Shown: one piece after another, positions 11,742-23,338 of the stretch
Numbering within the stretch: the first letter of the stretch is position 1
Layout of the letters: each line of letters starts with the position of its first letter
Assembly: GCA_000004985.1 (NCBI GenBank)
Contig: GG738857.1
Length of the DNA: 64,000 nucleotides
Reading direction: 5' to 3' (one strand)
Origin: Naegleria gruberi
Lineage: Eukaryota
The notes under the pieces: generated by a model
What the model saw: only the letters and a program-made list of their open reading frames with translations
What the model was told of the DNA's origin: nothing
Database searches by the model: none
Program-made: the position numbers and the translations under genes

Positions 11742-13613
11742 ATGAAATCTGCAGTTAAACCTTCATCATCATCCAAACATTTGTATTACTTTCCACTCAG
11801 CACAATTATCGTGGATGGATCAACAAGAAGTTTGTCATCCATGCTTTCTGAGAAAGCCACAACAACAGAAGAGGAAGTTATTAGAAAGTCAATAATGAGT
11901 AGAAGTAAGAGTGTTTCGTCTGCTTCAGGTTCTTTCGGTTCTACTCAACTTACAGTTGGTCCACTCTATACGAATGATTCGTCATCTGGTTGTAGTAGTT
12001 CTCCTTCACAATTAACTATTGATAGCAATGCAACGTTTACTGAATTTCATGATGGAAGATCATTCACGGTTCCATGCATTGTCGAATTGAGAGATCGCTT
12101 TCAACAATATTTAAAGTCAACTAGTGGAAATTCTGGTGATTTCCTATTGAAATTGCATAAATTAATGTTTTTAGATGAGTTTTATGATCCAACAAGGAAT
12201 AGAAGAAAGAGAATTGAGAATTGTGAAACATTATTCAGAATGTGTGATCAATATTTGACATTGATTCATATTCAATCAAAAAATTCACTTTCCTTTTCAT
12301 TATTAGATACATTTCCATATTTGTATAACTTCGAGGAAATGCAAAAGATTCAACCTGACAATTCCATTTTGAAAAATCACGAATATTTGGTGAAATGGTT
12401 CAGAAAACAATCTGAAAATTTAAAGAAATATTTGTCAGAGAAAGCTAGTCAAGAAATTGAAGTTTCCTCTTCACCTGAAGATAATACTGGAATGTTCTTG
12501 TCACCTTCAGTATCATCAACAACACTAAGTTTTGTAAATTCTCCAACATTGTCATTCCCTGGAAGTGATGTTGGACAGCCACTAGAAAAGACAAATCCCT
12601 CTTCTCAATTATTACTAGAATATTTGGATGAAAATGAATTGAAAATGTTAATTTACATGTTGAGTTCTGAATTGGAAGATTACTTTTCACTTTTTCAAAA
12701 AGCTAATCCCAAGTTTGTTAAAAAGTGGTTGGAAAAGAATGTAAAGAGTTTGCCAAACTATATTATTGACACAATTTCCAAAAAGAGAAAGAAATATTTA
12801 CACTATCATGAAAACTACAAATTAACTGAAGAAGATTTGAATATGAAAACAATTCTAGACTCTGATTTTGAATTCATTCAATATTTGGCCGAACATACTG
12901 AAGATTGGAAGATTCTAATGGATTCAAATCCAATAATAGCAGGATTTAAATCAAAAGAAAATTATTGTAAATTTACTGACATGAAAATGCAAAAATTCGT
13001 TACAACGGTCAATTATTCACTGGAAAATGTATTGAAAACCATGTTTGCTAACATTGAAGAATTAGGAGGTAGTGATAACATGATTGAAAGTTCTGAATAT
13101 CATCACTATACTGAAATTGATCCTTCCATTTCGAGTAGAAAATATTCTACTGTAATTCAAACATCATTGTGGAATTATGGATCAATATTCAAGAAACGTG
13201 CATTGGAAAATGTCATGTCATGCAAGGCAACATTTTGTGGAGATGAAATACAAGATGCCATTCATCTCTACAAGACATGTTCCTATGTTTCTAATAAGAA
13301 TGAAGATTCCAAAGCTCCAATTAAAATTATTGTGGTAGGAGGCAGAATATATTCCAAAATAGATTCAAATAGAACAAGAATTGTAGATGTAAGAATGTTC
13401 AATATTGGTGGGATTGTTGGAAACTTTGATTTTGTAACTTCAAACAAGTTGGTAGTGAAAAAGTCAATTGATGGAATTCTAGAATACTTGAAAAAAGCCA
13501 TGACCAATGCAGAAATGGAAGGTTTTCCAGTTCCTGATAGTTCTAAACACATTTGGAGAACACTAGTCGATTACTGTAGAGTGCATTGTAAAGTAGATAT
13601 TTCTAAATGGTAA
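11742..13613 (+). CDS. Hypothetical protein, member 2 of tandem-duplicated family (paralogue of 9708-11516)
   Basis: 623-aa ORF collinear with the upstream paralogue. The C-terminal halves are also highly similar (ATFCGDEIQDAIHLYKTCSYVSNKNEDSKAP...). Confidence 0.6.
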   Translation: MKSAVKPSSSSKHLYYFPLSTIIVDGSTRSLSSMLSEKATTTEEEVIRKSIMSRSKSVSSASGSFGSTQLTVGPLYTNDSSSGCSSSPSQLTIDSNATFTEFHDGRSFTVPCIVELRDRFQQYLKSTSGNSGDFLLKLHKLMFLDEFYDPTRNRRKRIENCETLFRMCDQYLTLIHIQSKNSLSFSLLDTFPYLYNFEEMQKIQPDNSILKNHEYLVKWFRKQSENLKKYLSEKASQEIEVSSSPEDNTGMFLSPSVSSTTLSFVNSPTLSFPGSDVGQPLEKTNPSSQLLLEYLDENELKMLIYMLSSELEDYFSLFQKANPKFVKKWLEKNVKSLPNYIIDTISKKRKKYLHYHENYKLTEEDLNMKTILDSDFEFIQYLAEHTEDWKILMDSNPIIAGFKSKENYCKFTDMKMQKFVTTVNYSLENVLKTMFANIEELGGSDNMIESSEYHHYTEIDPSISSRKYSTVIQTSLWNYGSIFKKRALENVMSCKATFCGDEIQDAIHLYKTCSYVSNKNEDSKAPIKIIVVGGRIYSKIDSNRTRIVDVRMFNIGGIVGNFDFVTSNKLVVKKSIDGILEYLKKAMTNAEMEGFPVPDSSKHIWRTLVDYCRVHCKVDISKW

Positions 13614-13623
13614 ATTAAAATAT

Positions 13624-15363
13624 TTAATCTACATTATTGAGCAACTCGTCCATCTTTCTCTTTTTTGATTGTGATTCCTCTTCGTCTTCTGATTCACTCG
13701 AATAATATTCAGCATATTCGCTATCAGAATCAAATACTTCATCAAACTCCTTAGTTTCCTCTCTGTATCGTTTTGGTTTTGGAATATCATATACTTCACT
13801 TCTTGTACCCCAATAATTAAACCAATCTTTGTATTCCCTCTCATCTAGTTCTTTTACAAGTTTTCTGAGTCTCCAATTTTGTTTCAATCTATTTGAGGCA
13901 TACTCAATGCTATAAGAATTATCCTTCACAGCCTCTGTAACAATTTCTAGATCATCCTTGAATGTATCAGATACATGCTGGAGTACAAATCCATTACCTT
14001 TAACAGTCTCCAAAATAAACTCTCTATCACTTTTCAACTCCTCTGGAATCTGCTGGAAAAGTGCTGAGTTTTTTTTGAGTGCATTCAATAGCATGTTTCT
14101 GTCAACATTACCAAAATCTTTCATTTTCTCTAAAATTAATGGAACATTTTCTCGTGATAAAAGTGTGGCCTTCTTAATGTCATCCTCTCTTTCCATAATA
14201 TATTCTATTGCATTGGTGTGAGTGGATGTTGTCATGGATAGAACTTCCCAGTCATTTTGTAAATCAGGATCAGCATACACAATAGCACTTCCATCATTGG
14301 AAACGGCTGCCAAAACAATTTCCTTATCTGCCTGAAGCTCTTCTGAGGCATATTCCAAAGATAGCCCACAATTTCTTACTGCATTCAATACAATTTCACG
14401 ATCATCTCCATAATCTTCCCAAATATAACTCAAAACTTCTCCATTTTCATTTACACATTCCAAAATGAAATCTCTATCCTGATATAGTTCATCACACGAA
14501 TATTGAATTGCATATGGAAAGGTTTTGATAGCTTCCAAAATGATTTCGTTGTCTCGGAGGAATTCATTGTTCACAAATTGAATAGCCTCTCCATTATTCT
14601 TTAGGGCAAGTAAAACCATTTCTCTGGTTTGATTCTCTGCATAAAACAACATTTCCCCACAATGTCTCACCATACGGCAGAAATCTTTTGTGTTCACATA
14701 AAATGGTTGTCGGAACTGCCAGTCATCCAATGGATTCTGACTATATTTTACAGATATTCTTTGCAGTTCGTCACTGGCATCTAGGTCCAGTTCAAAGATA
14801 TTTAGATCTGGATGCTCTTTTGTTAATCGTTTAAGAAAATCCATATTCGTTTGGTAATGCTGACCAGTCGCAAAAACTCCTGAATTCAAAGCCACGTACT
14901 TTCCCACACTTTGACTGATATAATATTCATCATTTTCCAAATAAGGATCATCAATACATGCAATTTCAAATAGCTCTGTACAAGCATGTCCACATGAATC
15001 CACAAATTGATAAGCTGATCCATCGTTCTTAATAGCTTCCTTACAAACATCATAAGTGACCAAACCATGATCTGAAACACAACTCAGAGCATACCCATTT
15101 TGTTTAACAGCTTCTAACAACAATCCATACTCTACAATTTCATCATCATTGAAATATTCCATTGCCATTCCATTGTGTTGTACAGCTTTTAAAGCAAGCT
15201 TCTCACGAAGATCATCGCTAGCCAAGTCAATCAATTCACAACAATACATGCCAGCCTTTAACATGAATTCTTCATCGGAGCCTAATATTTTCATCATTGA
15301 AGCTTCAATAGGAAAGTCAGAACAAACCGATGGATAATATTCCATGAGCCTCATGTTAATCAT
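13624..15363 (-). CDS. DUF4116 repeat-containing protein
   Basis: Repeated ~25-aa units of the form (E/D)(I/V)VLxAVxxNGxALxYAsxELxxD(K/R)E (e.g. DREIVLNAVRNCGLSLEYASEELQADKEIVLAAVSNDGSAIVYADPDLQND). Acidic C-terminus. Possible short 5' exon at 15356-15562. Confidence 0.65.
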   Translation of the reverse strand: MINMRLMEYYPSVCSDFPIEASMMKILGSDEEFMLKAGMYCCELIDLASDDLREKLALKAVQHNGMAMEYFNDDEIVEYGLLLEAVKQNGYALSCVSDHGLVTYDVCKEAIKNDGSAYQFVDSCGHACTELFEIACIDDPYLENDEYYISQSVGKYVALNSGVFATGQHYQTNMDFLKRLTKEHPDLNIFELDLDASDELQRISVKYSQNPLDDWQFRQPFYVNTKDFCRMVRHCGEMLFYAENQTREMVLLALKNNGEAIQFVNNEFLRDNEIILEAIKTFPYAIQYSCDELYQDRDFILECVNENGEVLSYIWEDYGDDREIVLNAVRNCGLSLEYASEELQADKEIVLAAVSNDGSAIVYADPDLQNDWEVLSMTTSTHTNAIEYIMEREDDIKKATLLSRENVPLILEKMKDFGNVDRNMLLNALKKNSALFQQIPEELKSDREFILETVKGNGFVLQHVSDTFKDDLEIVTEAVKDNSYSIEYASNRLKQNWRLRKLVKELDEREYKDWFNYWGTRSEVYDIPKPKRYREETKEFDEVFDSDSEYAEYYSSESEDEEESQSKKRKMDELLNNVD

Positions 15364-15973
15364 ATTTAACGTTGAGAAACTTGGTTCTTTCTTGTGATGT
15401 TTCCATCAAGTGTTTTTTCAACAACCTCCGCAGCCATAATTCATCATGATCACCATCACCATCACGATTAGAATATTCCAATAATGATGGATTCGATGAT
15501 GATGTTGTTATTTGATGATGAAAATCTATCAAAGTAATCACAACGTTATCTTGTCGGGACATTTTTTCTTGTTTCTACCAAAGAATGGAAATGTTCACTG
15601 TTGTACATTTGCAGGAACTATTTACACTTGTTTTGTTGCAACATGGGTATCTGTGGTTTTTTTTAAATTAATTATATATATATTTAAAATTATTGTTAAC
15701 GGTACCCAACAGCGCCATTTCTACTATTGGGCAGTCTAGACTACGGCACTGAGTCAATTCTGGTTTCAAATTGTAACAATAATTATTTTAATAATCAATT
15801 CACTTGCTGTAGTAAAATAGAATTTTCAACAGAGTTCAGGTCAACTTGGAAATTTCTAAACGGAATAAATCAATTTCTCCATTGTCGCATCCAGTGAATT
15901 TCACAATCCAACGAAATTCCACTGTATCCACTAATAACATGTCAATAGTTTGGACTGTTCGAAAGAAAAAAAA

Positions 15974-17717
15974 ATGTTACTCACTGCTTTCACCATACTT
16001 TCGTATAGTTTATTGTTTATTCTTTCTGTTGCTTTTCTATTTCTACTGCACAGATATGTAGTTTATAGAAAACATTGTAAAATGGTTTCACATATTCCTG
16101 GTCATTGTCAATTTGTTCCTCCGCCACTTGTCAAATTTATTCCACAATTTTTACGAGATGAAAATTGGATTACTGACATGGGTGATGTTTTTTCATTGGA
16201 TACTTTATTAAACAGCCAGAAGAAATTCAAAACAGATCATTACAAAATGGTCTTTGGATTCTTAAATGCTCCAATGATAATTATTGATAATCCAAAAATG
16301 GGAAAGGAAATTGCAACCAAGAAGAAATTTAAAAAACCAAACATGTTAAAATCAGCTCAAGTTGAACTATTTTCTGGAACTAATATTTTTGTAGAAGATG
16401 AATATCATACTTGGTTACATCAGAGACAATTAATGGATCCAAGTTTTACTCCAGAAAGTTTGAGAATGGTTGCACATGTTACTTCTGAAACTGTTCGAAA
16501 CGATATGATTCCATTTATAGAAAGTAATAGAAATGGAAATGATATTATGGGTGATTTTGCAAAATTAACAATGAATGTTATTGGAATTGCTGGATTTGGT
16601 AAGTTTTTATTGATTATTTTTTATATGATAAATTCGAATTGTAAAAGGTTACAATTTTGATACTTTCAATAATAAGGATGAAAATAGTTTGGAAAAGAAA
16701 TCAGCTCTCTATATTAATTCAATTAATACTTATAGAACTTGTCCAAAAGTTATTAGAAACCACATTAATATTGGATTGTTTGGGAAGGTTAGAGATGCAG
16801 CCACATGTTTCAAACAAGCTATTGGAAAGATTATTCAAAAAAGAGAAATTCATGAAGAAAATGAATCAACTTCAGATGACCAAAAGTCAGACGTCTTGTC
16901 AATCTTATTAAGAGAAAGAAAAACTAAACAGAAAGATGAAAATGGCTCTCTCACCAATGATGAACTAATCTCTAACTCGTTTGTTCTTTTAGTTGCCGGC
17001 CATGAGGTTCGTGTTTTATAATTAATTTTACAAGTATTTTACAAAATATTTGAGACAACTGCAAGAACTCTTGGATTTGCAACTTTTGTGTTGGCAACTA
17101 ATGAAACAGTTCAACAACAAGTTCATGAATTCATTGATGGATTTGTCAAGCAAAATAATGGAAGGGAACATTTCGATTATGATGATTTTGCATCTGGTAA
17201 ATTGGATTATCTCAGAGCTCTATTCCGTGAAACTTTGAGATTATATCCAGTGGCATTGGGTGTTCCAAGAGAGCTCACTTCCAATTCATCAGAATTTAAC
17301 AATGTTTTACTGCCAAAAGGTTCACTAGTTCTCTATTCATGGGCAAATACATTGAGAAATGAGGAATATTGGAAGGATGCCGAAACATTTAATCCTCTCA
17401 GATTTTTGAAAGATGAAGATGAAAGAAGAATGGGTGTTTTTGGTGCATTGCATAATCCACAAACTAATCCATTTGTTTATTCTGTATTTGGAATTGGTGG
17501 AAGAGTTTGTATTGTAAGTTTTTACAACTAATTGAAATCTAATAATACCTTGTAGGGAAGATATTTTAGTGAAGTTGAATCAGTTATTGCTCTTGCCTAT
17601 CTCACAAGAAAGTATTCATTCAAATTGTCTGATCCAAATTATAAGCTTGTATTAAAGACAAGAGTGACACTCTCTCCACAGGACACTATTCTCATTGATT
17701 ATGTTCCTAGAAATTAG
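15974..17717 (+). CDS. Cytochrome P450 monooxygenase, 4 exons
   Basis: Exons ~15974-16598, 16648-17006, 17055-17513, 17556-17717. Donors gtaagt (16599), gttcgt (17007), gtaagt (17514); acceptors ...aaaag, ...tttgag, ...cttgtag. N-terminal membrane anchor. AGHETTA split across intron 2 (LLVAGHE | TTARTLGFATF). ExxR (FRETLRLYP). Heme-binding FGIGGRVCI|G. Stop TAG at 17715-17717. Confidence 0.85.
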
Positions 17718-17847
17718 ATCAAGAATTGAGAGAGTTATTGTTAAACAATCAGATCAATAAAGTTGTAAAACTCTCAATAGTATCATGTATAATATTTATT
17801 TGATTGTTAAATGGAATAGAATTTCAAGTCTTGTACACCTCTGCTGA

Positions 17848-20068
17848 TCAATCAGATTGTTTATCACGCTTTTTGTTGTAATACTTTTGATAGCACGAAT
17901 TGCAAATCAAACCAAGTCCAATATCTTTTCCCAAATACTTGTTGTAATCATCGATTGTTGTGTAGGAGGTATTATGTTTGCTGGCGAGTGAAGTTGCACC
18001 TCCACAATTTACACATTTTGACAAGTGTTTCTTCAAGGAATTCAAATCTTCATCATTTAAACATTCAATTTCCTCCTCTTCGTCATGATCGTTATATTCT
18101 TCAATTTCATCTCTAGGTCCAGTCCCCAACTCTTCATCCATCTTGTCTTTGCGAATTGGTTTTTGAGTGGCAATTGAAACCACACATACAGTTTTATAAC
18201 CAACTCCGTACTCTTTCAAGTCTGCCTTTACGTTCAATTTTGACGGCCACCTTAAAGAAGTTTCTCTTTTTCTTATAATAGATGTGACTGGCAAGGTAAT
18301 CTTTTTCTAATTGTAATCTTAAATAGAAACAATGTTTGATAGGATCAATACTTCTATCAAAGTAAATCTTCAATCTGGTAAATCTAAGGAATTCTAGGAG
18401 TCCAATCCTTTCACAATTTTCCTGAGTGATGGTTTTAACTTTGTTAATATCAATCAGTGGGCTAAATCTTAATAGGAATAATTCAGTATCTTGTTTAACA
18501 TACATGTCAAACAGTGTACCATTCAACACAAGCTCCTTAATTGTTGAAGTTTTCCCATCCTGCTCTATTTCGCTCTCTTGTATCATAGCTGGGACAAATT
18601 GGTCCTCTGTTTCATTGGTGCTGTTGGTTCCAACAACTGAAGGTTCTTCTTTGAGAATCAAAGGAATTGACGCATTGGATGGGTTGTTATCATCTCTGGA
18701 TTTTAGAGATGATGTAATGATTGATTCAATACCTCTTAGAAGAGCACTACCACCAGAGCTTTCTTCAATAATTTCACATGATTCAACATTCTTATTCAAA
18801 TATTCATCTTTTAGGTAGGGGCTCAATTCTTTTTTAACTTGTTCTAATCTTTCAACTGAAACCATTTTTTCCAAACTTTTTCTAAAATACACTAGCTTGG
18901 TAATGGCTCCACAGAAATATAAGAGTTTAACACCATTGTGAAACATCATCATGGCCAATGGTTTGGTAATCTTCTCGAGTGCTTGTTGAATTTCATCTTC
19001 CAAATCTTGATAATGAGGTGGAAGTTCTTCACTCTCTGGATCATCAAATAGTTCAGCCATAGCTTCACATGGATCAATACCATGCTTGGTAAAAACGTCA
19101 TGAATCAATGAAATGCCACTTGCATTTCCATTCTTGAATGTTACAATCGGTTCCTTCTCTTTCATCTCAAGCATGATAACATCAAGAGTCAGATGTCCTA
19201 AATCAGCAATCATAACACCACTATTACTGACGAGTAAACTGGCATGGACAAAATGCTGCAAACAAGAACTCTCTTCCGTAATGTAGACGTCATTAAGATT
19301 GAGCGTGTTTGATGAAAGTCTTGTAAAGGCATCAAGAATCGCATTTCTATAAATCAACTTTACATAATCTGATGTACCAGTTGGACATGTGAAAAACAAT
19401 GCGCTCACACCATGGAAATATGACTTGTTGCGTGTTTTTTTAGTGGTCAAATTTTTGAAAATGTTTGTAGTAATTAATGAAATTAAATCAGCAACCCTTT
19501 CTCTTCTGCCACCCTTGAACTCAATTTCTAATAACTCTGAGACCATGAACACCTTTTTGATATTCTCAATTTCTTCCCATGATGATGGGGATGTTGAGAC
19601 CTCTTCAGGAGAGCCAGTTTTTACTTCAGGAGAACCAGTTTGGTTGACCCTTATCCAAGATCTACTTGGAAGAAAATCTTTTTTGTCTCCATCAAACCTC
19701 AAGAATCTGCAGAGAAGGTCGGTTCCTTCTTTCGGTACAGTACAATTACATGCCTTAATAAAACTTGAACCCATATCAATATAATAGATTGTCTTTCCAA
19801 TATACTTGGAAACGTTGAATTCTTTTTGGAGAGAAGGAAGATTATCAACTGATTCCAAACTACTTGGTGCAACTTTGGATTTGGTTTGAGTTCTAACGAC
19901 TTGGAAGGCTTCTTGTCCATCGTAAATTACTTGGTGGACATGTTCGTTTATATCCTCAGCTTGATTGTTCTCTTCTGTTTTCTTGTCGGTGGTTGTTTTT
20001 CGTTGTTTTGGCACTGGTTGGTGTTTACAGTCTTTCCTCTTGCTGTTTTTCCTTTTTCTTGCTGGCAT
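17848..20068 (-). CDS. Ppx/GppA-like (ASKHA-fold) phosphatase-like protein with Cys-rich C-terminal exon; two frames joined by probable intron
   Basis: ORF 18194-20068 has phosphate-1-like IYYIDMGSSFIKA and phosphate-2-like VMIADLGHLTLDV motifs (weak match to the Ppx/GppA/actin-like ATPase fold). Basic N-terminus. ORF 17848-18294 overlaps in another frame and carries CVNCGG...CNSC (zinc-ribbon-like). The junction is not resolved. Confidence 0.4.
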
Positions 20069-20706
20069 GAGTTGTTTTATTTTTTTATCTGTTTTTTATT
20101 TAAATATTTTTTTGAGTTTACAAGAAATTTTGACCAGAACAAAAAAGTTAGTTCCAATGCAACCTCCTTTCCAGCATTTGGTTTGCTTGTTGAGTATACC
20201 ACTACAATACCCTACCAACCGAAACCATCTCGCCGAGACAAGCAATCCAGCTTGTTAGTATCCAAGTTTGCTGTTTGTAAAATTCATAACTTTGCTTTAA
20301 ATCAATCTTGTGGATTTCCGAGAAAGCGAGAACGTTTTTAAACGTAGTAGAATCAAATCATCGTGAAGCTGTTTGTTTTTTCAACTTAACACTATGCACT
20401 TCGTTTTGCTTTAGCCCCTCAGTATTAGGAGTTTGAGTTGTTATTAGTAGTGGTAGTATTCATTAATTAATGAATACTATCTAGAAAGACAAGCGTCCCT
20501 CTGAGCAAGCTCATGTAGTCCTAAAATCTACAACCTTTTTGTTAGTAAAATCACACTTATTTTGTTATTAACAAAACAACATCTTTCTTATCAAAATCGG
20601 AATAATGGTCTTGCTGGACATGATTTTAAGCTCGTTTCCTTTGGAATGATGTTACGTTTTGCTTCAAATCATTCCCTCTCTCAGGAAATCCTGTAGAATG
20701 TTGGTT

Positions 20707-22338
20707 TTACATGAATTGAGAAAAAAATTCCTCAATATTATCCAACACCTTGTCAAAAGTAACCTCTTTGAGTTCTTTTAGTGGTTCAAGATGCGAGACA
20801 TCATGATCTGTACGCTTCTCCTCATCGTCTGTACACTTCTCTTTATCCTCTTTCTTGCCAGATCTAAAATAACAAAAAGGAGTCCAATAGAATATTTCAC
20901 CAGCAGCCTTTCCACAAATAACAATGTCCTCAAACCCACAAACGATAGCACAATAGTGGAAATCGTACTTTCCTTTCACATAGTATAAATTCTTTTCCTT
21001 ATATTCAAAATCGTAGACATCACCAATTCCATCTGAATAAAATCTCATAGAATCTTGCAGAGCACGATATTTCTGCGAAAATATTGAGTCTCTCTGGATT
21101 GATCTATATTCTGCAATGAGATCTAAAACAAAACCATACACTTGATCTTTGATTTTTGGATTTCTTGTTTCGGCTACATCTCCATACTGATGATGAGTTG
21201 TCGGTTCCTCATCTACCCAAAATATTGTAAGAGGATCAAGATCTTCAACATCCCCTATTTGTGCTGGTTCAATTGAAGCAGATAGAGTCTTTCTTCTTCT
21301 TGTTGGTATTTCAATATTTTCCCAAACAGATTGATTCATCACAGATTCACAAGGATTTTCATCCTTTCTAATATTAATGAGGTATCCTCTAAGAAATACA
21401 ATACACATTACAGAATTACACAATGACTCAAAACTTAGTTCCTCAAGTCCTGAGATGTGTTTTTGCACTGCATTTTGCACAAGACAATCATCAGAGCCAA
21501 AGCATTCTTTCTCAAATATATTTTCTGCTGGATCTAAAATATGAATCTTGAAGAATTCGTAGGGGTTTGTTGAATCACTATCTTTTTCAGGTCTAAAATG
21601 TACAAGTTTAAACGTTCCACCATTTGACTTTCTCAAGGTTACTATATAGGTTTGTTCTCCATCATTATCATAACATTTTCCTGAAATGAATTGATTTGCA
21701 ATATGTGGTAAACAGAATTTGGTTGCAATTTCAGAGGAAACAGAGAAAGAGGCCACCGATCTATAAGTTAAATCCATTACATATTTGGCCATATTTTCAG
21801 TGTGTTGAGAATCATCTCCAAATTTCATTAAATCAATTAAGGAATCAATTTGATGCGTTAATGGACACCAACGATAATCCACACCATCCCTTTCCTCACG
21901 AAATTTCTCATTTCCAAAATAACTAACAGGTGCACGAAGCTGCTGTTGCTGATTTTGATTATTATTCTTTTTCTTCTTTTTACCTGGTTGTTGATTGACT
22001 GGAGGGGGTGGAGGTGGAGGTGGTGGAAGAGGAGGGGGTGGTGGATTTTTAGCATACTCATAAGAACTCAGAATGCAATCCAAATAACGATCTATCTTCT
22101 TAACGCCTGCAATTCCTAACATTATTCTAAAGAATACCTCCATTTGAAAATTTCCCCTAATTGTAAACAATAAATTGTCAAAAGAGCTATCAAATATTCT
22201 TTTCTGCGAAATTTCAACCAATTTTTCCAATGAGGAATCGTTCAATTCCCTTGCCAAATAATAATGACCAACTCCCCTTGTTAATTTCACATTCTGATGC
22301 AAGACAACTGGCTCATTAGCGCATGTGAAAAATTTCAC
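20707..22338 (-). CDS. Hypothetical proline-tract protein; probably extends 5' through the assembly gap to ~23079
   Basis: 543-aa ORF with PPPPPLPPPPPPPPPV run, KKKKKNNNQNQQQQ, Cys-rich C-terminus. ORF-track start is a GTG. The frame stays open upstream (…SCRDDYYHSEDEDSGDDEREEEEDIYSSIHVKFF). Further minus-strand ORFs at 22605-22880 and 22882-23079 flank the N gap. Confidence 0.45.
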   Translation of the reverse strand: MKFFTCANEPVVLHQNVKLTRGVGHYYLARELNDSSLEKLVEISQKRIFDSSFDNLLFTIRGNFQMEVFFRIMLGIAGVKKIDRYLDCILSSYEYAKNPPPPPLPPPPPPPPPVNQQPGKKKKKNNNQNQQQQLRAPVSYFGNEKFREERDGVDYRWCPLTHQIDSLIDLMKFGDDSQHTENMAKYVMDLTYRSVASFSVSSEIATKFCLPHIANQFISGKCYDNDGEQTYIVTLRKSNGGTFKLVHFRPEKDSDSTNPYEFFKIHILDPAENIFEKECFGSDDCLVQNAVQKHISGLEELSFESLCNSVMCIVFLRGYLINIRKDENPCESVMNQSVWENIEIPTRRRKTLSASIEPAQIGDVEDLDPLTIFWVDEEPTTHHQYGDVAETRNPKIKDQVYGFVLDLIAEYRSIQRDSIFSQKYRALQDSMRFYSDGIGDVYDFEYKEKNLYYVKGKYDFHYCAIVCGFEDIVICGKAAGEIFYWTPFCYFRSGKKEDKEKCTDDEEKRTDHDVSHLEPLKELKEVTFDKVLDNIEEFFSQFM

Positions 22339-22621
22339 ATGAATTGATGAATAAATATCTTCTTCCTCCTCTCGCTCATCATCACCACTATCCTCGTCCT
22401 CCGAATGATAATAATCATCCCTGCAACTTTTTAATCTGCTTTTAATCTGAGTTTTTTGGATTTAAATAAATCTTGAAGTCAAAAATTTGCTTGACTTTTT
22501 TGCAGATTTTTTTGTTTTGATTAAAGCTGAAAAAAAAAACGTTCGTATAATCTTTGCGAGTTAATAGGTGTTTTTTGGTTTTATTTGAAGCCTGCTTTAT
22601 GGATTTAATTAAATCTTGTTG

Positions 22622-22671
22622 NNNNNNNNNNNNNNNNNNNNNNNNNNNNNNNNNNNNNNNNNNNNNNNNNN
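22622..22671. other. Assembly gap (50 N)
   Basis: Run of N. Confidence 1.
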
Positions 22672-23338
22672 CAATAAAATCCCAACACTTCAATCAATCC
22701 ACTCTTGAAATAAAAGTTATGAGCATTCAATGAATGACAATTCACCTTTCCCAATGTTTCCTCAATATCATGAATCATCAATGGATGACTAAATTCCACA
22801 CCTTGTGCAATATATAAATTACGTAAAAAACCATCAAGTCTATATAACATTGCCTTTGCTTGTTTGTTTTTATCATTCATTTCATGAACATTTGAAGAGG
22901 AAGAATAATAGGCATGGAGAATCTACATAGGAGAGAATTGTATCAAGTATTTGAATACATGATGATAATGTTGTGAAGAGTGAAAACTTTTCATGTTTAG
23001 ATTCAATTTTCTTCTTTTTGTTCTTTGATTCAAATTCACTTGTTGGATCATCAAAATCTTCAACAAGTCTTTTTAACATTTTTTTTAAATATTAATTAAT
23101 TGAAAGATGGCACAATTGCTTTTTTATCTTCTCAAACAATTGTCATAAAACGGTCAGACCTCCCTTAGTATTTGTTTATTCATTTCAAAGGTTCTGACCT
23201 TTGAGTTTACATAGAATGAGATTTTGTATTTCAATTTCCCAATCATACCAGGTTTGAAACATTGCTTTGGATTTCGGCCATATCTTACTATTTGAGTGAG
23301 GTTAAAATCTTATTCAAAAATTGATTTATTTTCTCTAT

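Noticed and set aside
20630-20700. Possible C/D-box snoRNA (aatgatgtt ... ctctcagga)
   Set aside because: The C box is imperfect (TGATGT). There is no clear D box (CTGA) or terminal stem, so it is more likely 5' UTR/promoter sequence.
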